In this document: positions 41,016 to 64,000 of the stretch, one piece after another
Position numbering within the stretch: the first letter of the stretch is position 1
How the letters are laid out: each line of letters starts with the position of its first letter
Origin: Amoebidium appalachense
Taxonomy: Eukaryota > Protista > Ichthyosporea
Length of the DNA: 64,000 bases
Direction of reading: 5' to 3'
Assembly: GCA_963693365.1 (NCBI GenBank)
Contig: CAVNZM010000003.1
Coordinates: 9,608,782 to 9,672,781, forward strand
Made by a program: the position numbers and the translations under genes
Notes under the pieces: model-generated
Databases searched by the model: none
The model's input: only the letters and a program-made list of their open reading frames with translations
Told to the model about the DNA's origin: nothing

Positions 41016-42237
41016 TATGAAGGTCTTTAATATAGATGTTAGTTTATTTATTATTTTTAAGAAAAAATAAACACATGATATACCTATCTGGTGTTGCCTG
41101 ATGATATGTAACACGTGTACCCAAAAAGGGGTCAATAATGATGATGATTCTAACTGGTGGTGTTTGTTTCGTGTTGAGGATTCGATGTGGCCGAGGAGGG
41201 GGGGAACCCAACCATATGCATATCGTGGGACGGGGGGAGGGGGGAGGGGAGGGGGGGGGGGGAGGGGGGCAGGATATCATCCAATGGCATCAGGTATTGC
41301 TTTATTAAAGTTTGTCATCGACGAGTATCCAATTAATAGATAGTGGCGACAGACGTGTTCCGAAGTTTCCGGATACACACTGTAAAAAACAATAATGGTG
41401 AACCTGACGTGCACACGTGTATACGGTACGTGCAAGTGCACACGCACATGTACACGTGCTTTGCTACACCATCGATCGATGCAGCACACGCCTACATACC
41501 AAGGCCTCCCAAATAGTGCTATTAAGGAGGCCTAGTAGGCCCTGCTACATAATCCTGCCGTGCGTGTCAGACGCCGTGTCTTGCCGTTCCCGAGGGTTTC
41601 GTTCGCATCTACCAATTACTGGCCAAATTCCACAGGGCATTCCGAAGTCGACTCTCGGTCCCCGCGGGTTGCTGCCACTCGAAGACTCTCACCTTTTATG
41701 CCGACTCTCATTAGTGGTTTCATCTCTCGTCTCTCTTCTCTTTTTCATCACACCCTGCCAAATGGTTCCTGTAAAGTTTTTGAAGTCGCGAGCGTATACG
41801 TAGCAACGCCAAAGTTTGGCCTGGATTCCGATGTGGAGATCGTGTACTGCAGCTTGCATAGCGACAAGCAGGACATGTACAGTCGCAAAACTGTACATAT
41901 ATATATATGAGTACTAATATCTCTGCAATGCTCCTCTCTACTGAACAATTACGTATTTAGAAATCCGGATAAATAGGAAATTATCTAAATCGTGATCCCA
42001 GATTCCATTGATTCCGGAGCGTCGATCTGATTGGTTTAAGGTCAGTGCGAGGGCACCATGGTTTGAAATCCAACATCCACTGTCCAAGCCTAGCTCGATA
42101 ACAATTTGAATGAATATTCGATGGACATTGTCTTTCTTTAACTAGAATTGGATAATACATTCAAATTTCATGCATATAAGTACATATTCTTGACATTCCA
42201 TCTGATTTACACTTACAGTGCTTGCTTTCAAGAGCAG

Positions 42238-42543
42238 TGTCGCAAGCCCGGGCCGGGCAGGGTTGCAGCTGTGCGATCTCGGAATACGATTGGTTGGCTA
42301 TCAAAGCCTCCGTCCTATTGGATGTCAGGCTTTTCCTGAGAGACTATCTGTAATCCTATTGGACGATGTATTCGCGGACTGGCATCCGCGCAGGTATATA
42401 AAGCAGCCGGACCATCCTCAGATAGTACCGGAGGATCAGAGATCTCAAACCACCTCCTGCGAACCTCTCTACTCTCGATCCGCTATGTAGAAGTGATTGT
42501 CTCTTACAGAGGTCACAGGACCGAATCCTGCCTCTGCTCCACA
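42238..42543 (+). mobile_element. Possible solo-LTR-like segment (~306 bp)
   Basis: Begins TGT and ends ACA, with three ATTGG boxes and TATATAAAG (~42395). It abuts the first recognisable POT codon. No TSD or clear poly(A) signal. Confidence 0.3.
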
Positions 42544-42966
42544 TTTATTCTGATATTCTGTATGGTGGGTATTGCCGAAATTCTCATCAACCCCCTGATG
42601 ATTTTCATCAGTTACGACCAGGTCCCACCCCGTGCCCGCTCGCTCGCACAGGCGTTCAACGTTCTCGCATCCGGTTTTTCAAGCGGGTTCACCACTTGCA
42701 TTACAAGACTCATGGCACCGTTCTATGGTACCGGTGACAATCTGAACAACGGCGGTCATCTCAAACACTTTTACGCCGTAGGTCTGGGTTGTTCACTTCT
42801 CGGTATTCCGTTGGTTCTTGGTGTTAGCAGGACGGTTGTTGAGAAGGATTTCACGTCCGGCGAATCGCATATGACCGCTTTGGAACTTGCTGCAGAGGCT
42901 ATGGAGGATAATTTGAAGGGCAAGGCTGACTCGGATTTCTCTCTGCCTGTCGGTGACAAGTACTAG
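42544..42966 (+). pseudogene. C-terminal fragment of a POT/PTR2 proton-dependent oligopeptide transporter
   Basis: FILIFCMVGIAEILINPLMIFISYDQVPPRARSLAQAFN...DNLNNGGHLKHFYAV resembles POT TM10-12. It is intronless, and no upstream POT exons are recognisable before the AKR gene. Confidence 0.6.
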
Positions 42967-44040
42967 AAGATTAGCCGTTTTTTGGAACGTGCACTATACT
43001 ATTATTTTCACGAGAATTGAAATTAAACCTTTTTGAACTTAAAAGCTGCGGCTTTTAAACGAGTTTCTATTTCTAAGTGATACGTTAATATATTTTGTCT
43101 TTTTTGTTTATTTACTTTGTTTTGTGCTCATTTTGTGTATTTATTAAATTTAAACCAGGCTGGCAATAGTCTGATATTAGACTGAAACAAAGTTTCAACT
43201 GTAACTGCCAGCCATTTTAAAGGCATGGCCACGATTTATTATGATATTATGCCTACTTGGAATCATAAATATTTTATTGTGCCTATTTGGAATACATAAT
43301 AAATAGTTTGAGCCCGCAACATCTGCCTGTATGCACGTGCATACCTGTGTACAGAAGGTAGGCCTGGGTGCCAGACTTTCGGTGAATATACACGAAGATT
43401 TTAGATTTTATACCCATTATGTAATCCTCAATTGTACAGCTGGGCCTGGCTGGCAGCAGGCAGCAAATTGTTTCACTGTCCCCCCAACGTCCCCCCGGGC
43501 CCTCTTCGCCCCAATGGCTACACACTCCCACCACCACCACCACAACAACAAAACTTCACACAGGACCTGTGGGTTCGAGACAGCCGCCAATTTTTACACA
43601 TGCACAGGCCGCAAGACTCAGGTGCACATCGTGACTCATGCCATGTACAATGGCTATGTGTGGCGCCCCATACGTTGCTGGCCATGGGGTATGAGTGCAG
43701 CTTTCGTTTCATTATAACGAGTGATCCCGGACCTTTAGTTGTGGTTACATAGACCCTCCCCCCCCCCCCCCTCCCCCCCCCCCCCCCCCCCCCCTTCTTT
43801 CCCCTTCTCCTAAGGGGTCTGCCTTTCGAATTCCCTTTTCAATCCCGATTGGCTTATCTCACTTGAACTACAGCGAAATTTGTACATGTCAAGGCTAATA
43901 CAGAGGCATCCCCCCCCCCCCCCCCCCCCCCCCCCCCGTTCCTCCCCCCCGTGTGTCCACACAAAGGGGTGGGGTTGGGGCAGGAGGGGGGGGGAAGAGG
44001 GGGGGGGGGAGACAGAGTTGGAGAGAGAGCGAGAGAGAGA

Positions 44041-44074
<34 letters not shown>

Positions 44075-44839
44075 GTTCCCGGAGAAAGAGTTGGTGATCG
44101 AGCGAAACAGAGAGAAGGGGAGGGTCCCGAGAGAGAGAGCTGGAGAGAGCGAAAGAGAGAGAGGGGGAGGGGGGCCGGGGGGAGACAGAGTTGGAGAGAG
44201 AGCGAAAGAGAGAGAGGGGGGGGAGACGTTGTGCCCGGGGACTGTTGGGGTGGGTGGGTGGGTCCACTGGGTGGGTGGCCCGGGGGGGAGAGCTGATCTC
44301 TAGAGAAAGAAGAAAGAAAACTTTAGCAAGACACTTTGCATTCGGGAAGCACAAATGCAATAGATTATAATACGTGCGCCGCGCGGCACAGTTTCACACA
44401 TTCTGTGACATATACACACACACACACGTACACCCACACCCACACGGCACACGGCACCGTGAAACTCACAAGTACACCCATGTGACACTCACCTACACAC
44501 ACACAGACACACAGGTGTACACACATGCGTGACATACTCACACATTCACGATCTTATACTCAAATTACCACCGACGTGCACATAAAACTGCTTATTTTTA
44601 TTGCAATCATTCATATAAGACGGCAGATATGTACTTTAACAACACAATCTTAGCCTAGTGCAAACACATTGTGATCTGCAGCAACTATGGATCTTAATAT
44701 CGCCTGCCACCCGATCGATTGGTCTTTTATTATAGCCCGTATCAAAAAGTTCATCATTCAGATTAATACTGTATTGTAAAATTTGTCTCCCCCCCCCCCC
44801 CCCCCCCCCCCCCCCCCTTCTCTACCCCCCCAACAACAA

Positions 44840-44873
<34 letters not shown>

Positions 44874-45065
44874 AGGTGAATATTCCTAACAGCAATAAAT
44901 ACAAACAATGATAAACACCATCCCGATCATCTATTGCAACGCCCTAGACATGAATTACTCGGTGCTGGAACAATACAGCAACCCATTAACCCGAAGTGTA
45001 AGAACTTTAAACCAGATTCTCAGGCTGGTGGCATATAAGTCGTACAGTATAACAACCAAAGCTGC

Positions 45066-45096
<31 letters not shown>

Positions 45097-45256
45097 AAGT
45101 CAGCCCCGACAAAAAATCCACACATGAATTAAGGCAAGAAAAGCACCAAAGACAGAAAATGACATTATAAGTGGGCCTATATAACACCAGACAACTTTCA
45201 AAACCCCGCACCTGTACACTTACTGAGTCTGAACAAAACCCAAAAACCCTTCACCG

Positions 45257-59665
<14,409 letters not shown>

Positions 59666-60447
59666 GACGATTTACACTCCTGTCAAGGAACAAAAGATTT
59701 TGGGGGTTTTGTGTGTTCTTGAAGATGAAGTATTTGTAGTCAGCCGAGTAAAACCGTGTTTTGTTGTTGGTCTTTTGTACTAGATAGACAACGATTTGAT
59801 TTTCTGTGGCAACGGTAAACCCTAAGGAAACCTGGTGACGTGTATATGCAACGAAGGCTCAAGATTTACTCTAATATCTTCGTTACGAGGCTCACTCGCC
59901 CAACCCTAAGCTCGGGGATGCTTCGAATTTTTTTGTCTTTTTTTGCGTAAGATAAGTTCCTGAACACCAATCATTAAACAGATAAATAAAACGGGTGCAT
60001 TTCTATTGGATAGCCAATTGGGATAAACCCAGACTGATGATATGTAAGCTCGAGTGGGTGCAGCTGTATGTCCACCATGAGGCCATGCCTGAGAATGCTG
60101 CCTGTGTAGTGCACGTGCAGGCAGGGAAGGAAATAAGATTATGAACTCGAAGGCCCTATGGACCAAAAGAACACCATGCACATGTGCCGTGAACGGCTTG
60201 CTGCTCACCATATGCATGGTGCATGCACCACCATACCATGGTCACACAAACTGAGGTCATGTCGATTGCAGCGATGGCTACGCACGGACTAGAATTTAAT
60301 CCGTGCATACAGCATTACTAAGCTCTCATTATTTATTATGCATCCGGTGGTTAGGTGGTTGGATAGGTGCGGTAGGTCTGTGGGGCGGGAGGAGCGGGTG
60401 GGCGGGTGGGCGGGTTGGAAAGGGGGGAGGCGGGGGAGAGGGGAGAA

Positions 60448-60479
<32 letters not shown>

Positions 60480-60717
60480 GGAGCTACTATTTGGGGTTGC
60501 CTGGTGGGCCGGTGCTGACTTTCTCCGAGTCAGTCACTAGCCGCTGTGAACGGGAAGGCCTCTGTAAACATGCCTCCCCTATCCCTCCCCCCCCCCCCCC
60601 CCCCCCTCCTCCCCCCAACACACACACACACACACGAGCACACACACTCCCCAACAGTTCACCCGTGATCCTCCATCGCCGTTGCGCAGCGGTTACGACT
60701 ATATATTCATTTATTCC

Positions 60718-60769
<52 letters not shown>

Positions 60770-61444
60770 CACCCCACCTCCCTTCCTCAACCGCCTCCCC
60801 CTTCCACCCTCCCCCCATCCCTGGACTGCACTCCAATCCCAGATTTGAGGCTCCCTCTCCCTCCTCAACCCATCTACCCTCTTCTGATATGATTCGTATG
60901 CATTTATGTATCTTCGGTTCCCACTGGATTGGTGAGGTGTAGGGCTTTTTTAAAAAAAAAGAAAGGTTCTGCGATTCTGAGGGTACACTTAATTAGGAGA
61001 AGGAGAATTATGCTTATGGTGGCGGTGGTGATGGCAGCGCCAATGTTGGTGTAGCCTCCGCCGGGGGAGGGGGGAGGGGGGAGGGAGGGGACAAACCTTG
61101 AAACCGGGAACTTCGAGAGGGAGGAGGGGAGGGGTGTTAAGTTCATAGTACTGTACAGGATTGAGCCCGGTTAAATGACACCCGCGAGTTTCACGCGTCA
61201 ATTTGCCAAAAACACTCCAGTGTCTCGTGCACATGAATATTCCGAAATATTCCAAGCTCCAAGATTCGAATCACGACCACACACAAAAACATGGCCACCA
61301 CCAGAATGACTTTGACTTTTGCACATCATTGTAAGGTCGACCCCGTACCCCCCTGCCTCTTCCCCCCCTCCCCCCCCCATCCCCCCCCCCCCCCCCCCCC
61401 CACCCACCCAAACCACTCCTTCGCCACCCTCTACACTTCAAGTT

Positions 61445-61608
<164 letters not shown>

Positions 61609-62454
61609 TCACACCCTCACCGCTACGAACTATCTGAGCTTTCACTGAAATGACTATAGCATGATACTACAAGGCACATCAGAGACACCGTGAACCAATC
61701 CCTCGAGTGTGCGCAGTCACAGATTATTTGCGCCAGAAACTCTTCAGGCACTTGATTAGCATTCCGATAGACTGCTGGCGCACAAAAAGACATGAAATAA
61801 TCATCGTTCCGGATTCTCCAATTTCTTCGGCACCTTTGCCAGCGGAATAGGGCATCCCGTGAAAGTTGGGGGGAGGAAGATATGCGGAGAAGGTTGTGGG
61901 ATTTGAGGGGGAAGAGTTGGGCGGGGAGGGGGGGGGGGGGGGGGGGACTTATTTTCAGTATTTTTGAGTGAGGGGCATGAGGGAGGTGGTACGTTTACAA
62001 TTAAACCAACACCCCATTGTCCAACCCGGTAAACATATAGTCGTCCAACCCCCTGCGCCGCCCCCCTCCCCCCCTCCTCTTCTTCCTTCCCCGCGGTAGC
62101 ATGATACTTTAACACAAAGGTTTAAGAATCCACGCCCATCATTATGTCGGGGAAGAGGCCGGTGGGGAAGGTTTACCGCAAATTTTTGCCCCCCCGCCCC
62201 CCTCCCCTCCCCTGCCCCCAGACTTGGATCTTGCGTGTATAAACATGTGACGTCAGATGTTTCAAACGGTACGCGAGGTACTGTGTATGTAGTTTGTCTG
62301 TCAGCGTGTGATTGTATGAGAAAATGTGTGTGTTTGTTTGTTGTGTGCATATCATCATGATATATCATAATTATATAATGTGCACTAGCGTGTGCACGAG
62401 TGTATGCACAGTCTGTGTGTGGGCAGTGCATGATGCGAACAATGTGTGTGTGTG

Positions 62455-62495
<41 letters not shown>

Positions 62496-62510
62496 GTGTC
62501 TGTGCATGTG

Positions 62511-62615
<105 letters not shown>

Positions 62616-63052
62616 ATGTCACTGTGTGTGTGTGTGCGTGTGTGTGTCTGTTGGTGTTTTCGTTACTTAACGCTCTCAGCCTGGGCTTTGTGGATGTGTG
62701 CCATTGGCCTTGGTTTATATAATATTTAAATCTTGTGATGTGCTTAGTGATAGGTGGATAGCTCTAGAGCTCTTTTACCCGCTTCCCTTTTTGCACGTAT
62801 GCAATTGTAGTGGATGCAATTAAGCGTATCAGTATAGCCAGCACAAAAGTTCTTTCCAGACAGGCTAGCAGGCATGCATACGTGTGTGCGTGTGTCAGTC
62901 TTATCTTCAAAATTTGTAATGAGCAGCGAGCATCAAGCAAGCGTGAATGGATGTGTGCACGACGGACGAGCAAGAAAGGCGGGAGGTGTATCCATGTTTT
63001 TTCCGAGTCGGTGTTCTGTGAACGTGTCTCGGTTATAACACCATTGTGTGAC

Positions 63053-63552
63053 TCACTGACACCCACACTCTGCAATTGTATGGATGCACTTATTTCTTCT
63101 GATAGAAACGTAAGTTCGTGTATGAGAGGCTAGCAACCACAGGTTGCAGCCTTCTTGTGTTTATTGCATTGAAAATGATTGATTCATTCAACTGTTGGTT
63201 CGAATTCAAAGCGCAGCACAGCGCATCTTGTAGACTTCAAGTACATCATATCATACTTTCCATGCACATACATACGTGTGGCTACTCCGTTCATATCTCG
63301 TTCGTTTTGCAATGTGTCTGTATGCACCAGGTGAAGTAAATACGGAAGTTTTTGCGTTGCCGGCACGGTTACTTCATGCATTTACTTGCGGGTGGGCTTG
63401 TTGGGGTTCTTGCCCTTGGGCATCTTCTTTGCTTTTGGCGCCTCGACGGGGGCCTCGGCAGGGGGCGCAACCTTCATGGCGGGGGCGGCAGCGTCGGCCG
63501 GAGCACCACCCTTGGCCGCGGGGGCACCCTTGACACCGTGATCACGACCCAT
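63053..63552 (-). CDS. Hypothetical small Ala/Pro/Lys-rich basic protein
   Basis: GC-rich, coding-like first exon 63386-63552 (MGRDHGVKGAPAAKGG...KNPNKPTR). Phase-compatible exons 63276-63317 and 63053-63098 add KHIAKRTRYERSSHTRNKCIHTIAECGCQ*. No family recognised; the gene may continue through the GTGAGT donor at ~63055. Confidence 0.4.
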
Positions 63553-64000
63553 GTTGATGGTTGGAGTGAGGGTAGGAGGCTTGGAAGAGAAAGTGGTTGT
63601 TGAGAACTGATGGTGTTGGCAGTGCGGCAAGTGGTTTTTATATCCCGGGCTGTTATGACAAAAAATGCGCTAAAGCAAATTTTAACCAATCGAAAGGGAC
63701 AATGAATCAAAACACCAATCAGAATGCGGATGTGAGCCTGTGGATACAAATCTATTGGCGCGCGGATTAAACTATTGGTCAATCTCGTTAGTGATCTAAT
63801 CTGTCATAATTGCTGATATCACCATACGTTCCGCAGAGTGGAAAAACAAGAAAAGAAAACTTATTTAAAATACTCTTAAAATGAATTAGTTCAACTTGAA
63901 AATTCCTTTACGATTATAAACCAGAAAATTTAGTTGAAAATTGAAGAGTTTTGCTCTTGGCGCTCTAATGGTCTAACCTATTTGAGCAGGGCAACTTTAT

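Noticed and set aside
41560-41948. Short overlapping ORFs in complex sequence upstream of the POT fragment
   Set aside because: No recognisable motif or splice-consistent link to the neighbouring genes.

Overview
This is eukaryotic, intron-rich genomic DNA saturated with poly-C/poly-G tracts and (CA)n/(CT)n microsatellites, so nearly all entries in the six-frame ORF track are repeat artefacts. Gene content and style suggest a unicellular opisthokont or holozoan-like protist; that is inference only. Manual splicing with phase-consistent GT/GC-AG junctions gives seven genes or gene fragments: (1) an S9 serine peptidase (+, 5' end unresolved); (2) a 21-exon, ~853-aa fusion of ankyrin repeats, an arginine-deiminase domain that has lost most catalytic residues, and an intact CtlX-type amidinotransferase domain (-); (3) a divergently transcribed ~102-aa LYR-motif protein (+); (4) a 9-exon aldo-keto reductase (+); (5) an orphan C-terminal POT/PTR transporter fragment behind an LTR-like segment; (6) a 14-exon SCYL2-like pseudokinase with two GC-AG introns (-); (7) a small hypothetical Ala/Pro/Lys-rich gene (-). 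Non-coding features include a short interspersed element family with a shared GCATTCAA end and nested truncations that sits in G/C homopolymer runs, two TIR MITEs, a long intronic foldback, repeated duplications of 3' splice-site regions, and a strand- and position-biased intron layout (poly-C after donors, (CA)n before acceptors). All coordinates were read by hand and may be off by a few nt.
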